Virus record (IMG/VR): IMGVR_UViG_3300025635_000140
Coordinates: 1-25,661 of that record
Length of the DNA stretch: 25,661 bases
Source of the DNA: a virus
Taxonomy: Duplodnaviria > Caudoviricetes
Direction: 5' to 3' (one strand)
In this document: piece by piece, positions 16,866-24,598 of the stretch
Position numbering within the stretch: the stretch's first letter is position 1
Layout: each line of letters starts with the position of its first letter
Position numbers and translations under genes: made by a program
The notes under the pieces: generated by a model
Database searches by the model: none
Seen by the model: only the letters and a program-made list of their open reading frames with translations
What the model was told of the DNA's origin: nothing

Positions 16866-17686
16866 TGCAGTTCGCCGCTGTCCTGATGGCCGCTGCGACG
16901 CAGGGCGGCGCGCGTGACCCCAGCCTTGCGGCGTATTTGGCTGCGGCGGTCGCGAACGGCGGAGCCCCGACGCCCGCCTATGCGGCGGCTGCCAGTCAGT
17001 TCATCTCGGCAGAGAAGGCTGCTGGCCTCTGGGACCTGACTGACGACTATCTGCCCTTGTGGGCGCCGGATGCCGCCACGGCCCTGACCTCGCTCAAGCA
17101 GCTCCGGTTGGCGACGGTTACGGCCTCGCCAACGTTCACGGCCGATCGCGGCTACGCCTTCAACGGCACAACGCAATTCATCAACACCGGCTTTGTGCCC
17201 AGCACGCATGCCGTAACGATGACGCTCAACTCGACGCATGCCGAGGTCTACGAGCGCACGAACGTCAGCTCAACGGCTTCATCGCTTGGCGCGAACTCCG
17301 GCTCGAACCGGGCGATTGTCGTGTTCCCGCGAGATGCAAGCACCGTGCTGGTCGCGGCCAACGGTGTCGGCGGCGTCTACACCCTGAGCCCCCTGACCAG
17401 CGCGGGCCTTACGCAGTTTGGCCGCAACGGCGCCACTACGGCCGATGTCTACGGCGCGAAGAACGGCGTCAATCTCACGCAGACATCTCCGCTTACCGCG
17501 CTCGGCGCGTCGTTGCCGTCGAATAGCTTTTACGTGGGCGGCGTCAACCTCTCGGGCTCGCTCTTTCAGGCCCGCGCGGCCTCTGTCGGCTACGTGGCCT
17601 GGGGCGCGTCTCTGACCAGCGCCCAGCGGCTTGCCCGCTATACCAACGTCCAGGCTTTTGCGACCGCAGTTGGGGCGCAGGTCTGA
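16865..17686 (+). CDS. Tail-associated protein, putative ConA/LamG-like lectin fold
   Basis: Start ATG 16865 (TGATG). GYAFNGTTQFINTGF motif; similar to the C-terminal domain of the next gene. Confidence 0.65.
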   Translation: MQFAAVLMAAATQGGARDPSLAAYLAAAVANGGAPTPAYAAAASQFISAEKAAGLWDLTDDYLPLWAPDAATALTSLKQLRLATVTASPTFTADRGYAFNGTTQFINTGFVPSTHAVTMTLNSTHAEVYERTNVSSTASSLGANSGSNRAIVVFPRDASTVLVAANGVGGVYTLSPLTSAGLTQFGRNGATTADVYGAKNGVNLTQTSPLTALGASLPSNSFYVGGVNLSGSLFQARAASVGYVAWGASLTSAQRLARYTNVQAFATAVGAQV

Positions 17687-20265
17687 TGATCCGCACGCAG
17701 GTTCGCTACACGTCAACCCCGCCGGGCCGCGCGATCGGCACGTCTGTCAATGGCGACACGTGGACGACCGACTATCTGCTGGCGCCCTATTGGCGCATCA
17801 TCGAGGTCGGCACGGACGGCAGCGGGCGCGTGAAGGTCAAGACCGCAGGCAAGCACGGGCTGACGACCGGCCAAAAGGTCGAGACGGTCATCGACGGCTA
17901 TAACGGCACCACCAAGCGCGCGCACCCCGGCAATGTGACCAACCTGCCAACTAACAACCCCCCGGCGGCCAAGACTGTTGAGGTGATCGACGAGTATTGG
18001 GTGTCTCTGGTGGGCACGACGGCGGTTGCCAACTCTGCCTTTTGGCAGGGGCTTCTGTGGCGGACCGGCGACAACGTCACCGCGGCGGCGGTGCATACCG
18101 GAGACAATCAAACCGGGCGCATGTCGCTTATCAATTCCCTGATTACCCGCGTGTCCGAGGCGGGCGGGGGCATCATCAACCTCCCCGCAGGCTTCATCGG
18201 CGCTGAAGTGGCGATGTTCCTGAAGGACAACGTCATCGTTATTGGCGCGGGCGAGGACATCACGAACATTGTCGAGATCGACGGCAACGACGGCCCGGTC
18301 ATCCGGGAGTACGCCAGCAAGAACGCAGGCATAACGGACTGCACGATCTGGCCCCTCCGCCAGCGCAAGAGCCTGGCTGCGTCGGCGCATGCCGTGCGCG
18401 CGGGTCTGGACGGTGCGAACACCCACAATCTGAAGGTGCTGCGGGTCTATGTCCGATGCTCGGACGGCTACGGCGTTGCCCTGCAAGATAGCGGCTGGTT
18501 CTCCGATTGCGAGCTGGATCTGACCGTCGACGGCAGCAGCAGCGATTGCCTCGACATCAAGAACCGCATGAATATCAATGCGGGTAACAAGCTCAATATT
18601 CGCGGGCGTAACTGCAGCCTCCTGTGGATCGGTGTTGACGGCCCGGTTTATAATTTCAACGCCAACCCGTTCACGATGACGAGCGGGAGCTCCATCGTAA
18701 ATGTGGCCTGGAGCGCGGAGATTGCGGCAAACCCGGCCGCGCAACCCTATTGGAGCGTCCACGGGACGATTACCTATCCCAACGCCGGGACCTATCGCGG
18801 CATCAACATGGGCGGCTCATTCCAGATCGTCGGACAGACCGGCACCGGCTATCAGGTAGAGACAAACCAGACGGCCAGCAGCTCGGGCACCGCAGGCGGA
18901 ACCGGGCTGCTTGAATGGCCAGCTCTCTGCGCGCAGGGCGACGCCTGCTTCGACCTGCGCGGAGAAGGCTGGTCCGGGGGAGAAATCTGGTACGAGGGCG
19001 CGATGCATATGCAGTCGGGGCCCCGGTTTCGCGGTGGCACGACCTATCCGACAAACCCGCAGGGCCTCGGCGCCGGGCTGTCTACGCTTGTTTCCATTTT
19101 CTCCAAGAACACCAGCCCATATCGGACAAATGCGCTCGGGCTTTCCATGGAGGCTTGGCAATGCATCGTGCCGGCCTTCCAGGGCGAATACATGCAGGAG
19201 GGCGTCTTCTTCGGCTCGACATCGACGGACAACAGCGTCGGGACCGCGCAGCTTAAGAACTGCGTGGCGGGGGTGGTGTTCCGGGGAAGCCGCAACAAGG
19301 TCAACGTGATCTCCGCGACCGACACGGGCACGGCGGCTCTGGTGCTGCTAGGCGATGACCATTGCATTGGCAGCGTTGGAGGCACGGGCCTCACTGTTGG
19401 CACGCATATTTATTCGGGAACGAACCGCACGCAGGTCAACGACTGGCAGGGCGTTGAGGCCGATATCAAGGTTATCGACGCGGGCACGGATTCGATCTTT
19501 ACCCCGGCGCTCCCGTATCACCGTGACGTGTACCTGTGGGCGCATGCCGTCGTGACGGCGGGATACACCACGAACGACACGGAGCTTGGGTGGCTCAACG
19601 ACTTCATCGAGTCGGAGGGCGCGGCCTACGACCTGGCCTACGATTACTGGCCGCTCGGCGTTCCACTAGATCCCGGCGCGTCTCTGATCTCGCTCAAGTA
19701 CCGCGTGAACGGCGCGGCCTCGGCGGGCGTGACGCATGTTCCCCGCGTAGGCTGGCAGGGCGGGACGGGCGCGATCGACACGGGTTTAAACCCGTCAACC
19801 GTCATGTCTGCCACGGGGCAGGGCCACCTGTCGGCCTTCATCATCGATAGCGTCTCGGGCGGGGCCAAGACCGTCGCAGGCGTGAGCGGCGGGTCCGCCA
19901 TCAGGCTCCAGCCGAGAACGGCAGGCAACAGGGTTTATGCCCAGATGCTCAGCCAGCTTGGCACCTTCGCGACGGCGACGACGGACACCAAGGGTTACAG
20001 GTCTGTCCAGCGCGACAACACCGCCGATCTGTTAGCCAGTATTGACGCCACGGCCCTGACCCCGGTTGTCGTTGGCTCGCTGTCTGCGACGGCACCAAAC
20101 AACTCGCTGTGGATTCTTGCGCACAACAACGGCGGATCGCTGATCGAGGCCACGGACGCAACCGTGTTCATGGTATGTCTGTCGCGCCCGATTTCACCCG
20201 CCCAAGACATCGCCCGCGCCGCCAACTTCGAGGCGCTGGCTACAGCCACAGGTGCGTGGCCGTGA
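17686..20265 (+). CDS. Tailspike / receptor-binding protein with a pectate-lyase-like beta-helix
   Basis: D..INS..AGGGIINLPAG..LKDNVIVIGAGEDIT beta-helix entry motif; Asn/Gly/Cys repeats; C-terminal lectin-like domain. Confidence 0.8.
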   Translation: MIRTQVRYTSTPPGRAIGTSVNGDTWTTDYLLAPYWRIIEVGTDGSGRVKVKTAGKHGLTTGQKVETVIDGYNGTTKRAHPGNVTNLPTNNPPAAKTVEVIDEYWVSLVGTTAVANSAFWQGLLWRTGDNVTAAAVHTGDNQTGRMSLINSLITRVSEAGGGIINLPAGFIGAEVAMFLKDNVIVIGAGEDITNIVEIDGNDGPVIREYASKNAGITDCTIWPLRQRKSLAASAHAVRAGLDGANTHNLKVLRVYVRCSDGYGVALQDSGWFSDCELDLTVDGSSSDCLDIKNRMNINAGNKLNIRGRNCSLLWIGVDGPVYNFNANPFTMTSGSSIVNVAWSAEIAANPAAQPYWSVHGTITYPNAGTYRGINMGGSFQIVGQTGTGYQVETNQTASSSGTAGGTGLLEWPALCAQGDACFDLRGEGWSGGEIWYEGAMHMQSGPRFRGGTTYPTNPQGLGAGLSTLVSIFSKNTSPYRTNALGLSMEAWQCIVPAFQGEYMQEGVFFGSTSTDNSVGTAQLKNCVAGVVFRGSRNKVNVISATDTGTAALVLLGDDHCIGSVGGTGLTVGTHIYSGTNRTQVNDWQGVEADIKVIDAGTDSIFTPALPYHRDVYLWAHAVVTAGYTTNDTELGWLNDFIESEGAAYDLAYDYWPLGVPLDPGASLISLKYRVNGAASAGVTHVPRVGWQGGTGAIDTGLNPSTVMSATGQGHLSAFIIDSVSGGAKTVAGVSGGSAIRLQPRTAGNRVYAQMLSQLGTFATATTDTKGYRSVQRDNTADLLASIDATALTPVVVGSLSATAPNNSLWILAHNNGGSLIEATDATVFMVCLSRPISPAQDIARAANFEALATATGAWP

Positions 20266-20282
20266 TCTGAGTTTAAGCAGCA

Positions 20283-20350
20283 GGCCCCCACCAGACTGCC
20301 ATCCAGTGGAGGCCCTAACCACCACCGACCTAAGAAGGAGGCCGGCTATG
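20283..20350. other. Structured leader element, copy 1
   Basis: 14-bp stem 20283-20314, CTAACC, RBS-containing stem 20325-20345, ATG 20348. Confidence 0.6.
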
Positions 20351-20392
20351 GCTGAGACGAGCGTAAGCAGCAAGAGGGGCATGTGTCCATGA
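20348..20392 (+). CDS. 14-aa mini-ORF (MAETSVSSKRGMCP) coupled to the holin
   Basis: AAGGAGG RBS upstream; its TGA overlaps holin ATG 20389 (ATGA). Confidence 0.4.
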   Translation: MAETSVSSKRGMCP

Positions 20393-20736
20393 GCGAGCGC
20401 CGCGACCTTTGGTTTATTGCGGACGCCCTCTTGGTGTTCGTCCCGTTCTCGCTTGTCGGAGCGATATTCGGTGACGCCATCCGCCGGGACGTGCTGACAC
20501 GACGGCAGCGCGGAATCGCGGGCTTGTTTTGCATCGTTCTGGGGCCGGTTTGTGGCCGGATGGTGATATCGGAATGGAACTGGTCCGACTGGACCGGCCT
20601 TGCCGTCGCCGCGATCGTCCCAACGCTGGCCTACGACATCGTGGGGCTTGCCGCCGCCGTGCTGCGGGGGGCGAAGGAAGATCCGCGCGGTTGGATCACG
20701 CTTATCAAAGAGCTGTTCCCCTGGGGGCGGAAGTGA
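20389..20736 (+). CDS. Putative holin
   Basis: Three hydrophobic segments and a charged C-terminus; upstream of the endolysin; alternative GTG start at 20383. Confidence 0.65.
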   Translation: MSERRDLWFIADALLVFVPFSLVGAIFGDAIRRDVLTRRQRGIAGLFCIVLGPVCGRMVISEWNWSDWTGLAVAAIVPTLAYDIVGLAAAVLRGAKEDPRGWITLIKELFPWGRK

Positions 20737-20816
20737 TCGAGTTCCTATTCTGGTCGGCTGTGGCCGTCTACGTGTTTTGGCGGCTGCGCTACCTCATCAA
20801 GAGCGCCTCGCAATGA
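20733..20816 (+). CDS. 27-aa single-TM peptide
   Basis: MIEFLFWSAVAVYVFWRLRYLIKSASQ; GTGA overlap upstream and ATGA overlap downstream. Confidence 0.5.
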   Translation: MIEFLFWSAVAVYVFWRLRYLIKSASQ

Positions 20817-20989
20817 GCCCGCACCCGCGCATCATTTCAGAGCATGGGCAGCCGGTCCGGCTAAAGGTCTGGGACGGCGAGCGCGACCTTTCTTTCACCG
20901 TGTCAATGGGCGAGCTGCGCAACCTCGTGCAGGACGGGCTTGACGTGTTGCTGCGTCGGATGCGCGAGCAAGAGAAGGGCACTCCATGA
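20813..20989 (+). CDS. Hypothetical protein (58 aa)
   Basis: MSPHPRIISEHGQPVRLKVWDGERD...; ATGA overlaps at both ends. Confidence 0.55.
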   Translation: MSPHPRIISEHGQPVRLKVWDGERDLSFTVSMGELRNLVQDGLDVLLRRMREQEKGTP

Positions 20990-21423
20990 AGATCAGCGAC
21001 CAAGGCTTGAAGCTGCTTGTCGAGCGCGAGGGCTGCGTGCTGGAACCTTATCGCGACTCGGTCGGCGTCTGGACGGACGGCGTCGGAAATACTGTCGGCG
21101 TCATTCCGCATGGCCCGGCCATCACACAGGAAGAGGCCGACGCAGACCTACGGTACAACCTAAACCGCTTTGAAATGGCCGTGAATGATTGCGTGAAGGT
21201 GGGCCTTGAACAGCACCAGTACGACGCGCTCGTCTCGTTCGCGTTCAATGTGGGCGAGGGGGCCTTCAAGACCTCAACGCTCCTGAAGAAGCTGAACGCG
21301 GGCGACTACGAAGGCGCGGCGTTGCAGTTCGACCGCTGGCACATTCCGCAGGAAATCACGTCGCGGCGCAATGGCGAGCGCGAGCAGTTTAGGGGCACCC
21401 GGTTCTCGGCCCGCGTCCCGTGA
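20986..21423 (+). CDS. Endolysin, GH24 phage lysozyme
   Basis: E-x8-D-x5-T catalytic pattern in EGCVLEPYRDSVGVWT; QYDALVSFAFNVG, STLLKKLN, RRNGE. Confidence 0.95.
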   Translation: MKISDQGLKLLVEREGCVLEPYRDSVGVWTDGVGNTVGVIPHGPAITQEEADADLRYNLNRFEMAVNDCVKVGLEQHQYDALVSFAFNVGEGAFKTSTLLKKLNAGDYEGAALQFDRWHIPQEITSRRNGEREQFRGTRFSARVP

Positions 21424-21788
21424 CCAAGTACCTCGCCATAGGCGCGGGCGTGCTGGCCGTTCTTCTGGTGGCCTCCGGCATCTTATTGAAAATGGCATGG
21501 GCTGAAAACGGCAAGCTGGAAGTGAAGCTCGCCGCCGCTAACGCGGTCATTGCCCAAAAGGAAGCCGACGCGCGCCTATCTGCCGTCATCGTCGCCAAGC
21601 AGGCCGACGCGCTCGCCAAACTCGAAACCAAGGTCGTTACCGTAACCGAGAGGATCTACAGTGCGCCTGTCACTCGTGAATGCGCTGCCAGCCCTAGCAT
21701 GCGTGCTGCTAGTGACGGCGTGCGGGCAATCATCGCCCCGGCTGGTGGAACGGACCCCGGACGCCTCGCTACTCCTCCCGTGCGCTGA
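21420..21788 (+). CDS. Rz: Inner-membrane spanin
   Basis: N-terminal TM segment, coiled coil, single Cys; follows the endolysin. Confidence 0.8.
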   Translation: MTKYLAIGAGVLAVLLVASGILLKMAWAENGKLEVKLAAANAVIAQKEADARLSAVIVAKQADALAKLETKVVTVTERIYSAPVTRECAASPSMRAASDGVRAIIAPAGGTDPGRLATPPVR

Positions 21789-21921
21789 TCCCACCTTGGC
21801 GCCCGACAACGCCAGCGACAACGAGATAGCCGCCGAGCGCATCCGGGTGGCTCAAGCCTACGTGACCTGCAGGACCCGGCACGCAAGCCTTGTTGAGTTC
21901 GTGCAGGGCGGCAAGCCCTGA
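21661..21921 (+). CDS. Rz1: Outer-membrane spanin lipoprotein
   Basis: Lipobox-like LLVTAC, PDASLLLPCADP, second Cys; overlaps Rz in another frame; exact start uncertain. Confidence 0.8.
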   Translation: MRLSLVNALPALACVLLVTACGQSSPRLVERTPDASLLLPCADPTLAPDNASDNEIAAERIRVAQAYVTCRTRHASLVEFVQGGKP

Positions 21922-23165
21922 TGGCACAGGCGACGCTTACCGACGAAGCGTGCCAACAGGCGGCCGACGCAATGGCCCGGTTTGGCAGCCAGCGGGCGGC
22001 GGCTGATGCGCTCAATATGGCGCGGGCGACTTTCCAGCATAGACTACAGGAGGCGCAGCGCCGGGGCTTCCGGGCAGACGGCCCCGCAATGGTCATGAAG
22101 GGCCAGTCAGTCCTATACGACGCGGCGGGCAACGAGCGGGCGAGGTGGGACAAGACCCGCCTAGCCGGTCGCGCCGAGGCTGATACTCCCCAGTTTCCAG
22201 ATCCGAAACGGATTACCAAAATCTCGCGGCTCTTCGACCAGACCGGGGCCGTAACGCAACAGTGGGTGTCAGAGAAGGCCGACGATGCCACGCGCGAGGC
22301 CCTGTGGAGGGCCTTTGCGGAAGGGCTGTCCGAGGACATTGTCCGCGCCAAGCCGATTCCCGTGCCGGCGTTTGTGACTGACGACTTCCTGACCATTTAC
22401 GCCGTTGGCGACCATCACATGGGAATGCTTGCGTGGGGCGCGGAAACCGGCGGCGGAAATTACGACTTGGATATCAGCAGCAATCTCCTTGCAGGCGCGA
22501 TGACGTATCTCGCTGCATCTGTGCCGGCGAGCAAGCACGCGCTGATTATGTTCCTAGGCGATTTCACGCACACGGACGGCTATGCGGCGATGACGCCGGC
22601 ATCCGGGCATCTCCTTGACGCAGACGGTCGTTTTCCAAAGATCGCGTCTTCCGCCGCCCGAGCCATGCGCCATGCGATAGATACCGCGCTCAACAAGCAC
22701 GAGTCCGTTCATGTCATCGTGTCCGCCGGCAACCACGATCCGGTGTCCACGATCTGGCTGCGTATTGCGCTTGCCGCTGCCTACGAGAACGAACCGCGCG
22801 TGACCATCGACGAGACGCCCGGAAAATTCCACTATTTCGAGTGGGGCAAAAACTTGATCGGCGCGACGCACGCCGACCGACTTAAACTTGAGAGCCTGCC
22901 TGCCATCATGGCCACTGACCAACCGGAGGCGTGGGGCCGCACACTCTACCGACTGTGGCTTACAGGCCACGTCCATCACGACCGAGTTAAGGACCTTACC
23001 GGCGCCAAAGTCGAGAGCGTGCGCGTCTTGGCCCCGCTTGATGCCTACGCCGCAAAAGCGGGCTACCGCACGCCACGCGACATGAAGGCGATTATTTTTC
23101 ACCGCGAATACGGTGAGGCTGGGCGATTTATCGCCCCTGCCGCAATGTTTCAGGAGGTAGCATGA
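21921..23165 (+). CDS. HTH plus calcineurin-like metallophosphoesterase
   Basis: N-terminal GSQRAAADALNMARATFQHRL HTH; motifs GDHHMG, GDFTHTD, GNHD, THAD, GHVHH. Confidence 0.85.
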   Translation: MAQATLTDEACQQAADAMARFGSQRAAADALNMARATFQHRLQEAQRRGFRADGPAMVMKGQSVLYDAAGNERARWDKTRLAGRAEADTPQFPDPKRITKISRLFDQTGAVTQQWVSEKADDATREALWRAFAEGLSEDIVRAKPIPVPAFVTDDFLTIYAVGDHHMGMLAWGAETGGGNYDLDISSNLLAGAMTYLAASVPASKHALIMFLGDFTHTDGYAAMTPASGHLLDADGRFPKIASSAARAMRHAIDTALNKHESVHVIVSAGNHDPVSTIWLRIALAAAYENEPRVTIDETPGKFHYFEWGKNLIGATHADRLKLESLPAIMATDQPEAWGRTLYRLWLTGHVHHDRVKDLTGAKVESVRVLAPLDAYAAKAGYRTPRDMKAIIFHREYGEAGRFIAPAAMFQEVA

Positions 23166-23797
23166 CCGCTGAAATACTCGCGAACCAACAGGGTTTCTGC
23201 TATGAAAACGGAGTGACAGAGCGCGTCAACGCCCTGCCACCCCTGACCTTTTGGACCTTATCGGAGGCCCGCATGGCTAAGATCAAATTGCACCCGGAAT
23301 CTGACCCGCGCAAGCCACTCACGGCAGAACGTCTCCGCGAGATTCTTCACTATAACCAGGAGACGGGAATATTCACTTGGCGCGTTGCGAGGAAGGGGAC
23401 TGGCGGCGCTGGTTCTGTCGCAGGTCGTGTTAACTCTCGAAACGGCTATATCGACATCGGCATCGACTACAAGCGTTATCTCGGGCACCGATTGGCTTGG
23501 CTCTATATGACCGGGGTATGGCCCAAGAACGACATGGATCACCGCGACCGCAACCGCGCCAACAACGAGTGGGAAAATCTGCGAGAGGCGACACGCTCGC
23601 AGAACTTGGCGAATACTACAAAACGGAAAGACTGCGCCACACCGTTCAAAGGCGTGCAGCGAAATGGCAAAGGGTGGCAGGCGGTCATTATGGCGCGGGG
23701 TGTCCGCAAGTGCTTGGGCACATACGCTAACCCAGAGGATGCCGCCGCCGCCTACCGTCGCGCTGCGCTGGCTTTAAATGGCGAGTTTGCAACATGA
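23162..23797 (+). CDS. HNH endonuclease with C-terminal AP2 domain (own start probably ATG 23273)
   Basis: YNQETGIFTW, GHRLAWLYMTG, DHRDRNRANNEWENLREAT..N; AP2 motif FKGV..W.A.I..LGTY..EDAAAAY; GGAGG before ATG 23273. Confidence 0.92.
   Translation: MTAEILANQQGFCYENGVTERVNALPPLTFWTLSEARMAKIKLHPESDPRKPLTAERLREILHYNQETGIFTWRVARKGTGGAGSVAGRVNSRNGYIDIGIDYKRYLGHRLAWLYMTGVWPKNDMDHRDRNRANNEWENLREATRSQNLANTTKRKDCATPFKGVQRNGKGWQAVIMARGVRKCLGTYANPEDAAAAYRRAALALNGEFAT
23210..23275. other. Structured leader element, copy 2
   Basis: 14-bp stem 23210-23243, (C)TGACC, RBS-containing stem 23253-23270, ATG 23273. Confidence 0.6.
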
Positions 23798-24027
23798 AAA
23801 TCGTTCGCGTGACGTGGAACGACGCGCTCGCCGTGGCGTGCTGGACAAAACACGTCGAGCCAATGGCGGCTCAAGTCTGCGTCACTGTGGGCTTTCTGGT
23901 GGCAGAGGACGACCACCACGTCCTGATAGCCGCGACCATTTCAGACGATGAGTACACGGCGGGAATGCAGATACCGCGCGCGATGATTCAAGCCCTAGAT
24001 GTGGTTGGTACGGAGCGGGAACAATAA
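23794..24027 (+). CDS. Hypothetical phage protein
   Basis: ATGA-coupled; VRVTWNDA..TVGFLV..IP pattern often seen in small phage proteins. Confidence 0.75.
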   Translation: MKIVRVTWNDALAVACWTKHVEPMAAQVCVTVGFLVAEDDHHVLIAATISDDEYTAGMQIPRAMIQALDVVGTEREQ

Positions 24028-24099
24028 CGCTTGTGAGTCAGGGGCACAGGCCAAAACTTGACGCGGAATCAATGCGGTGCCGGAAACACTATCGGAAAA

Positions 24100-24127
24100 A
24101 TGCCGTATAATATATACTCTAGCCAAT
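24100..24127. other. Candidate tyrosine-recombinase (dif/loxP-like) site
   Basis: ATGCCGTATAA-TATATA-CTCTAGCCAAT: XerC-arm-like left half, degenerate right half; lies in the convergent intergenic gap. Confidence 0.3.
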
Positions 24128-24163
24128 TGCATGGCGTGCACTACGGGTTGCGTGTACTTGAAA

Positions 24164-24598
24164 TCAAGGCCGGCGGCTCTTCGGCTTCCACTCACCGTGA
24201 GGCGTGCGCCCGTTGAAACGGGTGAGGGCTCGGCCCAGCGAAGCGGCTTCGTTGCGGGCCTCGATACGCTGCCGAATTGATCCGATATCGTGCTGGCGCG
24301 TCTTATCAATAATCGCCCGCATGCCCGCGATAATCATCTCCGCCTGGTCGCGGATCTTAATCACAGCGGCTGGATCAGTCGGCCCCTCACCGAACGTGAT
24401 GCAGAGCTTCACGTCCTTCGTCTCGCTCTCGATCTGCTGCGGAGTATACAGCGAATAGCGGTCGGCGTCGTCGCCCGTGTGGGGGCTGGAGTCCAGTTCC
24501 TCGGCCGTGGGCAGCCCTTCGATGCTCTGCGGCCTGTGAGCCCGGCTGCGCCCGTGCGGTATCCTGTAGGGCCTGCCAGCCATGTGGGTGTCGCTCAT
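24164..24598 (-). CDS. Hypothetical protein
   Basis: 144 aa; AGGAGGAG RBS; ATGA overlap with the upstream HNH gene. Confidence 0.7.
   Translation of the reverse strand: MSDTHMAGRPYRIPHGRSRAHRPQSIEGLPTAEELDSSPHTGDDADRYSLYTPQQIESETKDVKLCITFGEGPTDPAAVIKIRDQAEMIIAGMRAIIDKTRQHDIGSIRQRIEARNEAASLGRALTRFNGRTPHGEWKPKSRRP

Noticed and set aside
20383-20391. Lambda-S-like dual start of the holin (GTG-TCC-ATG)
   Set aside because: The intervening residue is Ser rather than Lys/Arg, and the SD is only 3 nt from the GTG.
24029-24056. Possible terminator after the late operon (GCTTGTG...CACAGGC)
   Set aside because: Short stem, 9-nt loop and no U-tract on the + strand.
24058-24112. TTGACG and TATAAT as a sigma70 promoter pair
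   Set aside because: More than 40 nt apart, with no convincing + strand gene downstream; the 24077-24280 ORF looks spurious.
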